NCBI GenBank assembly: GCA_031360325.1
Contig: JANMBI010000014.1
Location: 1-59,186, forward strand
DNA: 59,186 nucleotides
Direction of reading: 5' to 3'
From: Frigoribacterium sp.
GTDB taxonomy: Bacteria; Actinomycetota; Actinomycetes; Actinomycetales; Microbacteriaceae
Part shown: positions 9,855 through 18,881 of the stretch, piece by piece
Position numbering within the stretch: position 1 is the first letter of the stretch
How the letters are laid out: each line of letters starts with the position of its first letter
Translations under genes and position numbers: made by a program
The notes under the pieces: generated by a model
The model's input: only the letters and a program-made list of their open reading frames with translations
Databases searched by the model: none
What the model was told of the DNA's origin: nothing

Positions 9855-10955
9855 TCAAAGCTTGTCCGAAAGGTCGACCTTCTCTCGCAGTTTCGCGATG
9901 GGGCCGCCCCATGTTTGGGTTCGGAAGGCCCATTGGCCGGCAACCACGCTTGGAGACACTTCCAGCAATTCGGCAAGGGAGATGATTTCCTCCACGGTCG
10001 TACTGGTTGCGAGCAGTTTCTTGTGGGCCGGGGGGATCAAATGGTCTTCCGCGAACTTGTTTGCCGCCGCCTCCTGCGCATCCGCATCATCGTCTGCTTT
10101 GAACCCGTCGTCGACAAAGGTGCTCCTTTTGGGATGGAGAAGGACATGAGCTATCTCATGGACGATCGTGAACCAGAGTCCATCAAGTGACTTGTACCGG
10201 CTTGTCACAGCGATCATGGGCGTCCCGTTCACCCATCGCGATACACCGCTGATCCGGGTGTTCGGTATTTCGGGTACAAATACCAGAACGACGCCTGCCT
10301 CAAGCAATAGATCCTGAGCCTCGCGGAAGGCGCTACCTATGTCATTAACGGTCAGCTTCGGAATCGCTGCGGCCGCGAGCCGTAATTTGTCGGGGTCGAA
10401 GGTCCCGGCATTCGCAATAAGGTCGGAAGCGTGCAATTCCGATAGCCGTATCCAAAGTGACGTCAAGTTCGTATCAATGGCGTGCAGCTGACTCCTCTTA
10501 TATGAGGCCTGAGGCTCGAGCCAAGTTTTCCGATATGCGCTCGGACTAGCGACTCCAAAGAACGCGAGCAATTTCCCCACCAGCTGCGGTCCCGAGTCCG
10601 AAGGCGCTATCACACCGCGATCAATAAGGATTTGACGAGGGAAGTTTGCTGCCCACTTCGTGAAGCCGGCCATGGCTGCGCGTTTCTCATTGCGTGCCTC
10701 CTGTGCCTGATATGCCGCCTCGAGACGCAGCCAGGTCTCGGCCGATGTCCCAAGAATCTCTTCCAATGTCACGGCGACGTCCGGCGAAAGAGCGGCCGTT
10801 CCTTTGATGACTAGGTTGATGTGCTTTGGGCTGAGCCCGGTGCGAGCCGCGAGCTGCGCTTGGCTAATCGATTGAGCATCGAGTTCACGTTGGAGAAGGC
10901 GACCCGGCCGGGGCGCGAAGTCGAACTGGGTTTCTTTAGCGGTGTATGTAGTCAT
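9855..10955 (-). CDS. HigA-type XRE HTH fused to an ImmA/IrrE (M78) metallopeptidase
   Basis: PGRLLQREL...SQAQLAARTGLSPKHINLVIKG HTH; WFTIVHEIAHVLLH (HExxH); EAAANKFA. Confidence 0.85.
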   Translation of the reverse strand: MTTYTAKETQFDFAPRPGRLLQRELDAQSISQAQLAARTGLSPKHINLVIKGTAALSPDVAVTLEEILGTSAETWLRLEAAYQAQEARNEKRAAMAGFTKWAANFPRQILIDRGVIAPSDSGPQLVGKLLAFFGVASPSAYRKTWLEPQASYKRSQLHAIDTNLTSLWIRLSELHASDLIANAGTFDPDKLRLAAAAIPKLTVNDIGSAFREAQDLLLEAGVVLVFVPEIPNTRISGVSRWVNGTPMIAVTSRYKSLDGLWFTIVHEIAHVLLHPKRSTFVDDGFKADDDADAQEAAANKFAEDHLIPPAHKKLLATSTTVEEIISLAELLEVSPSVVAGQWAFRTQTWGGPIAKLREKVDLSDKL

Positions 10956-10964
10956 GGGCCCGCG

Positions 10965-11318
10965 TCAGCTCGCGCGCCGAAGAATCGACTGGCCGCGAAC
11001 CTGTAAGTCATGAACTAAGAGCGCTTCAGACATTGAGTATTTGGGCAGGGAGTCCCGATTTGGGATGGTACGGGGAACCCCTTCAGAGCTAAGTGGCCGG
11101 GCGTGCATGTGAACCTCCTCGATCGAGAGAATGAGCTTCCCCGCATTGACGCTGATCCTGACGGTCTGGAACGTCGCGAGGTCTTTGAGCCGGGGTGCTT
11201 GGGAAACGACGTGGAGAAGGTCTTCGGCTGCGTCGGCATGGCCACCGACTGCGGCGCGCAGAGACATCCCGGAGATGCAACAACCCTCAAGTTGAGGATC
11301 GACCCACGCGAGTTGCAA
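10965..11318 (-). CDS. Divergent HigB-like protein, possibly catalytically inactive
   Basis: Size, position upstream of HigA-peptidase and N-terminal pattern (MQLAWVDPQLEGCC...APRLKDL) fit HigB-like toxins. No H.L.G.R or terminal DYH motif. TTG start. Confidence 0.5.
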   Translation of the reverse strand: MQLAWVDPQLEGCCISGMSLRAAVGGHADAAEDLLHVVSQAPRLKDLATFQTVRISVNAGKLILSIEEVHMHARPLSSEGVPRTIPNRDSLPKYSMSEALLVHDLQVRGQSILRRAS

Positions 11319-11320
11319 GC

Positions 11321-11375
11321 TTTACCTCTTTGGTAAACGGTACTTGTGATAGGTTCGGTTTACCCGACAGGTACA
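11321..11375. promoter_or_regulatory. Two palindromic operators in a divergent promoter region
   Basis: TTTACC-N5-GGTAAA at 11321-11337 and TTTACC-N5-GGTACA at 11359-11375. Confidence 0.7.
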
Positions 11376-11437
11376 TGCTACTTGCTTCCGGCTGGAAGCG
11401 GAGCGACACGCTACAAGACACTAGGAAGGAGGGCCTC

Positions 11438-11872
11438 ATGGCCCCCATTAACCCCGCCCGCACCGCCTTTCAGATCTTCATCGACGAGAAGGAATATAGA
11501 ACCCCCGACGGCGACCAGGAGGCTGCGGCGCTGCTCCGGCTCGCCGGACGCGACCCGAAGATTTTCGATATCTTCCTGATCAAGAAGGATGGAATCGAAG
11601 TCAAGATCGGCGATCGTCAGATCGTCGATCTGAAGGACGGTGAGCGATTCGTCTCGCGTCAGAAAGTTCACTTCACGATCGACGGTGAGCCGTTCACCAC
11701 CTACGACGACGACCAGACCGCGGCCGCCATGCTCCGGCTCGCCGGGGTCGACCCGGCGAGCTACGACCTCGCTCGTGTCGGCGATGCCGAGCCGTTCCGC
11801 GACGAGCAGATCGTCACCATCAAGAACGGCGACGACTTCGTCACCGCCAAACGCGTCGGCGGCGTCGCGTGA
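11438..11872 (+). CDS. Multi-ubiquitin-domain protein (two beta-grasp repeats; BubA/BilA-like)
   Basis: ATG after aggaggg. Two repeats (FQIFIDEKEY..AAALLRLAG..IVDLKDGERFVS and VHFTIDGEPF..AAAMLRLAG..IVTIKNGDDFVT). C-terminus RVGGVA. Confidence 0.82.
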   Translation: MAPINPARTAFQIFIDEKEYRTPDGDQEAAALLRLAGRDPKIFDIFLIKKDGIEVKIGDRQIVDLKDGERFVSRQKVHFTIDGEPFTTYDDDQTAAAMLRLAGVDPASYDLARVGDAEPFRDEQIVTIKNGDDFVTAKRVGGVA

Positions 11873-12249
11873 GCGACACGCCGGCCCTGAGCGAGGCAGC
11901 CCAGCGGTTCATCGACGAGATGACCGCTGCCGGCGCCCCTGCGAGGGCCGATGGGCCGCGAATCGTTTACGACGTCCTCGCCGTTGCCGGCGCCCTCGCC
12001 GGGCGGACCGTCACCACAGGCATTAGTGTCTCCGAAGTCCAGAGCTGGCCGGCCATACCACCCCACTGGATCCACCTTCCCGCCTCGGTTCAGTTTGCGC
12101 AGACGAATATGGATGACACGGACTGCTTGCCCGGGTGGAAGCGGCACTCTCGCGACTACACATACGTCGACATGTCGATTCCGCCAGCCCGAGCATGGCT
12201 GAGTCACGTTCGCGGTTTCATCTCCATCGCAATTCAGCAGGCAGCCTGA
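11869..12249 (+). CDS. Prokaryotic E2-like protein (Prok-E2_E/BubB-like)
   Basis: WPAIPPHWIHLP resembles the E2 YP..PP loop; GWKRHSR motif; lies between Ubl and E1 with a GTGA overlap. Confidence 0.65.
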   Translation: MSDTPALSEAAQRFIDEMTAAGAPARADGPRIVYDVLAVAGALAGRTVTTGISVSEVQSWPAIPPHWIHLPASVQFAQTNMDDTDCLPGWKRHSRDYTYVDMSIPPARAWLSHVRGFISIAIQQAA

Positions 12250-12250
12250 C

Positions 12251-13729
12251 ATGCGCTACTCCGTCGCAATGACCGGGGAGACCGAAGCAGCAATGAGAGA
12301 TCACCTCGTCCGCGAGGACGGCCAGGAGGACGTGCTCATCGCCACATACGCCCTCTCTACCGGCCTCAACCGCACCACGGCGCTTATCAAGTCGGTACTG
12401 CTCCCTCGGGCTGGTGAGCGCCAGGTTCATGGCAACGCATCGTTCACCAGCGGATATGTGCTGCGCGCCGCCAACGAGGCTCGCGCCGCCGGCCACGGGG
12501 TTGTGCTGCTCCACTCACACCCCGGTGCCCGGGGTTGGCAGCATCTCAGCGGGATGGACCGGGAGACGGAATCTGAGTACGAGCGCGTCGCCCGCGCCAT
12601 CACCAAATTGCCGCTCCTTGGAATGACACTAGGCGGAGCCGACACCTCATGGTCCGCACGGTTCTGGTTTGATCGCAGCGCACCAACATGGACCGAGTCC
12701 GTTCGCTCCGTGTCCGCAAAGCTGTCTGTCACGTGGAACGATGAACTCAGACCAGTTCCCTCCATCACCCGAGCGCAGAAGCGCACGGTCTCATCTTGGG
12801 GTGAGCGAGCTCAGGGCTCGATCGCTCGGTTGCGCGTCCTCGTGGTGGGTGAAGGCAGTGTCGGACTCGACGTGGCGCAGCGCCTCGCTGCGACAGGGCT
12901 GGCCACGGTAGGTGTGATGGATTACGACGTAGTCGAGACGGTGAACCTGGACCGCATGATCGGCGCGACCCGTCTCGACGCGGCGCTCGAGCGACCTAAG
13001 GTGGACGTCGCCGAGCGGTTGATGAAATCAGCTGCAACGGCCGAACCCTTCGAGGTTGAACGCCACGAAGTCAGCATCACCGACCCGGTCGGTGTAAGTA
13101 TCGCGCTCGACTATGACGTGGTCTTCTCCTGCGTCGACCGGCCGTGGGCGCGCGCGGTCCTCAACGCGCTTGCCTACTCCGACCTAATCCCGGTCATCGA
13201 TGGCGGGATCGCGCTCGACACCTTCCCGGACGGGCGCATGCGTAACGGCATCTGGCGTGCACATACCCTGGTTCCGGGGCGCCCGTGCATGGCGTGCCTT
13301 GGGCAGCTGGTTATCGGCGACGCCTCCCTCGATAAACTGGGGCTGCTCGATGACCCCGAATACATCGCTGGAGCGCACCGAGATATGCCATCTCGCCAGA
13401 ACGTCGCCGCCCTCGCCGGGAGCGTCAGTAGCGCATTGCTAGCGCAGTTCGTCAGCTTGACTGCTCACCCGGGCGGACGCGGCACACCGGCGCCGCTCCG
13501 CTACGTCCTGTCCACGCACAAGCTCGAACACTCGCCTGCGATCTCAGGTCCGTACTGCCCGTTTGAGAACGCGACCACGGCGGGCGACGGCCGCACCCCG
13601 CTGGCAGAACACCGCGAAGATTGGCGAATGACCGTGGACGCTCGTGCGAAGATGCGGCGGTTGCTCCGTCTCCGTGCCCTAGCGGCGGTCGAGGACTACC
13701 TGCAGCGGGCAATCGCTCGCCTCTCGTGA
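12251..13729 (+). CDS. JAB/JAMM peptidase - ThiF/E1 fusion (BubCD-like)
   Basis: N-terminal GQE...LHSHP...LSGMD JAMM motif. C-terminal VVGEGSVG, DYDVVETVNLDR, PKV, CVDRPWAR, DGG, PCMAC. Confidence 0.87.
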   Translation: MRYSVAMTGETEAAMRDHLVREDGQEDVLIATYALSTGLNRTTALIKSVLLPRAGERQVHGNASFTSGYVLRAANEARAAGHGVVLLHSHPGARGWQHLSGMDRETESEYERVARAITKLPLLGMTLGGADTSWSARFWFDRSAPTWTESVRSVSAKLSVTWNDELRPVPSITRAQKRTVSSWGERAQGSIARLRVLVVGEGSVGLDVAQRLAATGLATVGVMDYDVVETVNLDRMIGATRLDAALERPKVDVAERLMKSAATAEPFEVERHEVSITDPVGVSIALDYDVVFSCVDRPWARAVLNALAYSDLIPVIDGGIALDTFPDGRMRNGIWRAHTLVPGRPCMACLGQLVIGDASLDKLGLLDDPEYIAGAHRDMPSRQNVAALAGSVSSALLAQFVSLTAHPGGRGTPAPLRYVLSTHKLEHSPAISGPYCPFENATTAGDGRTPLAEHREDWRMTVDARAKMRRLLRLRALAAVEDYLQRAIARLS

Positions 13730-13963
13730 ACGACCTGGCCGCCTCGACGAGGCCTGCTCCATCGGCCCGCCAACCCGCCAAGTGCCATCGGCGACACAAT
13801 TCCGACGGCTTCCCGCCAAAGGATGGCACGTGGCGGTGCGCCAACTTGATTGTGCGTGATGCAGTCGTACGCCAAGCTGTGAGCATCATGTCCTCGCGTC
13901 GATCCAAAATTTCTCTGAGCCGAGAGCAACCATCAGCATGTCCGTGAGCCTCTACTTCTCGAA

Positions 13964-15226
13964 ATGAAGATCCTCCACGCGGCAGATCTTCACATCGACA
14001 GCCCGCTTCGCGGGTTGGCGGCCTATGAGGGTGCCCCCACCGACAAAATACGCGGGGCGACCAGGCGAGCGGTGGAGAACATGGTCCAAATGGCGATCGA
14101 CGGGTCAGTGGATCTCGTGGTGATCGCGGGAGACATCTTCGACGGTGATTGGCGAGACTTCAGTACCGGACTTTTCTGGGTCGGCCAACTTGCCCGACTG
14201 GACGACGAAGGAATCCCGGTGGTCTTCGTGGCTGGGAACCACGATGCGGCCAGCGAAATCAGCCGCAGCCTCCGACTACCGTCTAATGTCACGCAACTCG
14301 CCACTGGCAAGCCCGAAACCAAAATCTTCGAAAACCTTGATGTTGCCATCGTTGGCCAGGGATACGCCACCCGCGCGGTCACCACCGACCTCGCCGCCGG
14401 CTTCCCCACCCCCGATTCTCACCTTTTCACGCTGGGCCTGCTTCACACCAGTCTGGACGGAAGGGAAGGGCACGCCAACTACGCACCGACCAGCGTCGAG
14501 ATGCTCCGCAGCAAGGGATACAACTATTGGGCGCTAGGCCACGTGCACGAACGTGAAATAGTTCGTGAAGATCCCTGGATCGTCTTCCCCGGAAACCTTC
14601 AGGGCCGCCACGCCCGAGAGCTCGGCGCCAAGGGTGCAGTCTTGCTCACGGTCGAGTCCGGTCAAGTAACCTCCGTCGAATTCATCCCACTCGACGACGT
14701 ACGTTGGCAGTTGAAGGAGATCGACGCGGGCGAACTTCGCGACATGGATGCGGTTCTCGAGGAAATCAATATCGCGATCACGGAGATTGATGACCCAGGA
14801 AAGTCTCTGACCGCGATGCGATTGCGTCTTGTCGGCGCTTCGCCCGCACATGAGGACATCTGGCGTAACCCGCACGCTTTCGAGGCTGAAGTCAGAGCGC
14901 TCACCAACGCCACAGGCGACATCTGGTTGGAGAAGGTCAAACTCGACACCACGACGACAAAGTCTTCCCAGCGCGACGAAAACGACGACGTGATGAACGC
15001 CCTTAGGAAGCGAGTAGAGGGTTTGCGCTCGAATCCTGAGCAGCTTGCACCGTTGGAGCCCTCATTCGCAGATCTAAGGCGCAAAATCGCAGCCGACGCC
15101 AGGAGTGTTGACGGGGCCCCCATTGACACGCTCCGGATTGGGAGCTCCTCGCACCTTGCCGAACATCTCGGTGCGAGCCTCGAATTAATTGCGACCCTTC
15201 TCGATGGGGCCAACCATGCGGATTGA
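13964..15226 (+). CDS. Mre11/SbcD-like metallophosphoesterase nuclease (YhaO-like)
   Basis: HAADLH, AGDIFD, GNHD, GLLH, ALGHVH, FPGNLQGR. Confidence 0.9.
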   Translation: MKILHAADLHIDSPLRGLAAYEGAPTDKIRGATRRAVENMVQMAIDGSVDLVVIAGDIFDGDWRDFSTGLFWVGQLARLDDEGIPVVFVAGNHDAASEISRSLRLPSNVTQLATGKPETKIFENLDVAIVGQGYATRAVTTDLAAGFPTPDSHLFTLGLLHTSLDGREGHANYAPTSVEMLRSKGYNYWALGHVHEREIVREDPWIVFPGNLQGRHARELGAKGAVLLTVESGQVTSVEFIPLDDVRWQLKEIDAGELRDMDAVLEEINIAITEIDDPGKSLTAMRLRLVGASPAHEDIWRNPHAFEAEVRALTNATGDIWLEKVKLDTTTTKSSQRDENDDVMNALRKRVEGLRSNPEQLAPLEPSFADLRRKIAADARSVDGAPIDTLRIGSSSHLAEHLGASLELIATLLDGANHAD

Positions 15227-18200
15227 CCGCCTCGATCTTCTTAGATTCGGACACTTCACCGATGTCTCGCTCGACCTATCGAGACCAGGCGTTCACGTCG
15301 TGGTAGGTCGCAACGAGGCTGGCAAGACAACAGCAATGGCGGCCATCCAGCAGCTCCTCTTCGGATTCCCGGTACGAAGTCCCTACGCATTCATCCACGA
15401 CCTCCGGGACCTGTCCGTCGGCGCCGTCCTAAGAGATGAAACTAACGAGGAGTTGGAAATCGTCCGTGTTAAGCGGCAGACAGACACCCTCCGTGACCCC
15501 CACGGCGAGGTCATTCCCGACGCTCGACTCGCAAAATTTCTGCATGACATCGACCACAATCTGTTCACTAACCTGTTCAGCGTCGGCCACGACGAAATCG
15601 TTCGAGGCGGTGAAGCGCTCCTCAACGCCGACGGCGAGGTGGGACGAGCTCTGTTCAGCGCGAGCCGCGGCGCAGCCAGCCTGGACGCCGCGCTGCGCGC
15701 CCTCGACGCTCGTGCCGCGGAAATCTACAAATCCTCGGCGTCGAACCCCCACCTCAATGCGGCCATCCGGCAGTTCAAAGAGAAATCCGAGCTAGCCAAG
15801 AAGCTCTCAAGCTCCCCGACCGAAGCGGTCACCCTCGACCGCGCTCTTCAAGCCGCCACCGACGCTTACGAGGCGACGACAGCCGCCCGACGAGCCAAAG
15901 CTGATCGGAGAGCAGTCCTCGAACGTGTCCGGTCCGCGCGGCCACTGCTCGCTTCTCTCAACGCTCAGCTGGACGAGAAACAAACCCTCGAACGGGCCGG
16001 AAAGGTCATCGACGGATCCGTCGAACAACAGCTTGAGGATGCGAAGAACCGTCGCGCCACTGCGCGCAGCCAGCAAACCACTGAATCAGCAACAGTCGAC
16101 CGGCTTGAGAAGCAACTGACCGCCCTCCAACTCGACTCCGAGCTGACCGCGCAGGCAGACGAAATCGAGGCGTTGGTTGCCGAGAGCGGAGGGTACCGCC
16201 AGAACATAACCGACCTCCCAGGCCTCCACGTTCGCATTGGGGAGAAGGAACGCGAGCAGCAGAAATTGCTCGACCGTCTTCCTCCCGCCGCACGTAAGGC
16301 GGCAGAAGCCGGGAAGACCGTCACCGCGGCACAGTCAGCGCGGGTGAGCGAACTCATCGCAGAGCGACACACAATTCAAGGCGCAGTGGACGCCGCCCGC
16401 ATTCGCCATAACGAGGCACAGCAAAGCCTCGAACAGGCCCGGGAACGGTTGGCGAACTTACCCGTTCCTCAAGACACACATGCACTCACCACCCTGGTCG
16501 AGAAGTTGAAGGCTGGAGGCGACTTAGAGACCACTCACGAAGCCGACGTTCAGCGCGTCAACGTCGCCGCCGCAAATCTTGCCAATGAGTTGACCAGCCT
16601 CCGACTGGACCCGGAACAACGCGACGACATCGACTCACTGCGCATACCTTCAATCGACCAGATTCGCGCTCTGGGGGCTGAATTCGACCGCCTAACCGGC
16701 CTAGCCGCACGCTACACAACAGACATCGACGAGCAGACGAACGCAATCGAGACCGATTCAGAAGCCCTAACCCATCTTCTCGACGAACAGCATCCCCGCA
16801 CCCAAGACGAGCTTGCCCAGGCTCGGACCAGACGCGATACCGGTTGGGAATACGTGCTGGCAGACTGGATCGACCACACGCCCGATGTCTCATCGGTCGT
16901 GGAATGGGCTCAAGGTGCCCCGCTCTCGGTCGCGTATGCGGATGCCGTTGCACACGCCGACCAGGTGGCCGATGACTTGAGAGCCGACGCCGACGCCGTC
17001 GCGTCCCGAGCGGCGCTGGAAACCTCACTCACTGAGCACCGCGTCAAGTTCAACAGCCTGACGGAGCTTCGCGACCAGACGCGCGCCGAGATCGAGACCC
17101 TGCAGACGGGCTGGGAATCAGCCTGGGCCGAATCAACCGTGTTACCCGACACGCCCCGGCAGATGGAAATGTGGCACGAAGGGTTCCGCGAAGCAGCGAA
17201 AAACGCCGTGGCTCTTCGGGCACTAAGAAGCGATGTGAAGAAATCTGCGGCAGCAATAGCCCGGTTCCGCACCGACATCCTTGCAACCCTCGTGATGCTG
17301 GGTGTTACACCACCACAGGACTTTAGCCTCACTGCCTTGCGCGACTACGCAACGTCAATAGCCGAGGCTGGACGCAACCTGGCGCAAAGCCGAAGCATAC
17401 TCGTCGAGACAATTACAGACCTCGAAATGAAAGAAAAGCGACTGCAGGGTGAAATAACTTCTGCCGAGCTTGCTCTAGAGGCGTGGCGCTCGAACTGGGA
17501 CAAATTACTGGCGCAGATAGGGCTTCCTGCCCAATCATCGCCAGCAGAGGCTACAGCCGTGCTGAAATGCCTCGATGAACTTAGCGAGGCCAAACTGCGC
17601 GGAGCGGAATACAGCCTCAGGGCCAAAGGAATCGAAAAACGCAATAAAGAAATCGGCGCCCGGGTGACGCGACTCATTCGCGCACTCCCAAAACATCAGG
17701 ACCTCCTGCAATCCGATCCAGGGGTGGCCAGCATCACACTTGGAAGACGCCTTCAAGAAAGCCAAGCCGTTGCAACTGAATACCGCGCGACCGCAGAAGA
17801 GAAAACAAAGCACGTCCGCAGCCTCCGAGACGCCGAAGACGCCCTGGCCGCAACCGACCTCGACATCGCCACACTGCTCGCAAACGTGACCCTCCCCGAC
17901 GAGCATTCGCTCGCTGAGGCCATAATCCGCAGCCGTCAGCACCGAGCGCTGCTGGAACGCATTCACGAAAGCGAACAGTCACTCCGTCAGTCCAGTGGGC
18001 TCCCCGTCGACAAGATCACCGCCGAGGTCGACGAACTCGCAACGGTTGAGATTGAACCCGAAATCCAAGAAATCGATGCCGGCATCGAAAACCTCGATGC
18101 CACGCTGAAAGAACAGGGTCCCCTTCTTGGGGAACTCAGGGAGAAACGGTCTCTTCTCACCGCAGACGGGAAAGCAGCCGACATGGCTAATGAAGCTGAG

Positions 18201-18716
18201 CTTGCACTCACGTCGGTCGCGGAACTCGGCGATCAATACGTCGAAATACTGCTAGCCAAACATCTCCTAGAGGCTGAGATCGAGGAATACCGAAAGACAC
18301 ACCAAGGACCGATACTCGCGCGCGCATCAGAGCTCTTCAACACGCTGACTCTCCAACGGTACGCAGGATTGGAAAGCGACACCGATGAGAAGTCGCGACC
18401 AGTTCTGCTCGCACGCACTACTTCGAACAAACTCCTCGACGTCAACTCCCTGAGCACCGGAGCACGCGATCAGATGTATCTGTCATTGCGCCTGTCAGCC
18501 CTCGAACAGGTCATCGAACGGCGAGGAACCATTCCCATCGTGCTGGACGACCTTTTTGTGCACTTCGATGACGAGCGCACTCAAGCCGGTCTCACTGCGC
18601 TCGGCGAGGTCAGCCGTCAAGCCCAGATACTCCTGTTCACCCACCACCAGCAAGTCGCGGCCCAAGCACAGGCCGCTATTGCAGAAGACATGCTCACGAT
18701 TCACCATTTGAATTAG
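15216..18716 (+). CDS. YhaN/SbcE-like AAA_27 Rad50-type ATPase
   Basis: MRIDRLDLLRFGHF, Walker A GRNEAGKTT, long coiled coil, LSTGARDQ, VLDDLFVHFDD, LFTHH. Overlaps the upstream nuclease gene. Confidence 0.88.
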   Translation: MRIDRLDLLRFGHFTDVSLDLSRPGVHVVVGRNEAGKTTAMAAIQQLLFGFPVRSPYAFIHDLRDLSVGAVLRDETNEELEIVRVKRQTDTLRDPHGEVIPDARLAKFLHDIDHNLFTNLFSVGHDEIVRGGEALLNADGEVGRALFSASRGAASLDAALRALDARAAEIYKSSASNPHLNAAIRQFKEKSELAKKLSSSPTEAVTLDRALQAATDAYEATTAARRAKADRRAVLERVRSARPLLASLNAQLDEKQTLERAGKVIDGSVEQQLEDAKNRRATARSQQTTESATVDRLEKQLTALQLDSELTAQADEIEALVAESGGYRQNITDLPGLHVRIGEKEREQQKLLDRLPPAARKAAEAGKTVTAAQSARVSELIAERHTIQGAVDAARIRHNEAQQSLEQARERLANLPVPQDTHALTTLVEKLKAGGDLETTHEADVQRVNVAAANLANELTSLRLDPEQRDDIDSLRIPSIDQIRALGAEFDRLTGLAARYTTDIDEQTNAIETDSEALTHLLDEQHPRTQDELAQARTRRDTGWEYVLADWIDHTPDVSSVVEWAQGAPLSVAYADAVAHADQVADDLRADADAVASRAALETSLTEHRVKFNSLTELRDQTRAEIETLQTGWESAWAESTVLPDTPRQMEMWHEGFREAAKNAVALRALRSDVKKSAAAIARFRTDILATLVMLGVTPPQDFSLTALRDYATSIAEAGRNLAQSRSILVETITDLEMKEKRLQGEITSAELALEAWRSNWDKLLAQIGLPAQSSPAEATAVLKCLDELSEAKLRGAEYSLRAKGIEKRNKEIGARVTRLIRALPKHQDLLQSDPGVASITLGRRLQESQAVATEYRATAEEKTKHVRSLRDAEDALAATDLDIATLLANVTLPDEHSLAEAIIRSRQHRALLERIHESEQSLRQSSGLPVDKITAEVDELATVEIEPEIQEIDAGIENLDATLKEQGPLLGELREKRSLLTADGKAADMANEAELALTSVAELGDQYVEILLAKHLLEAEIEEYRKTHQGPILARASELFNTLTLQRYAGLESDTDEKSRPVLLARTTSNKLLDVNSLSTGARDQMYLSLRLSALEQVIERRGTIPIVLDDLFVHFDDERTQAGLTALGEVSRQAQILLFTHHQQVAAQAQAAIAEDMLTIHHLN

Positions 18717-18881
18717 TGGATACGTCAGTTTGACCGTCACGGATTGCTGTTCCAGGGAAGATCGCTTTCTACTTCGGCCATGTTACTGAGAAGGTGGGGT
18801 TTTATCCCACGGTCCCCTCCGCGGATCTGAATGGACAGAGATCTCGTCTCATCCCAGGGGACGGGCTGCGTCTTTTAGGAC

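Noticed and set aside
11195-11437. N-terminal extension of the Ubl ORF in the track
   Set aside because: It overlaps the opposite-strand gene and the operators; a strong RBS precedes ATG 11438.
11438-13729. CBASS/Pycsar ancillary genes, or ThiS/MoaD sulfur transfer
   Set aside because: No cyclase or effector nearby, domain order is JAB-E1 rather than Cap2 E2-E1, and no thiamine, molybdopterin or cysteine synthesis genes are present.
13964-18716. Wadjet or Lamassu system
   Set aside because: No kleisin/KITE/JetD or Lamassu effector genes; motifs fit YhaO/YhaN.
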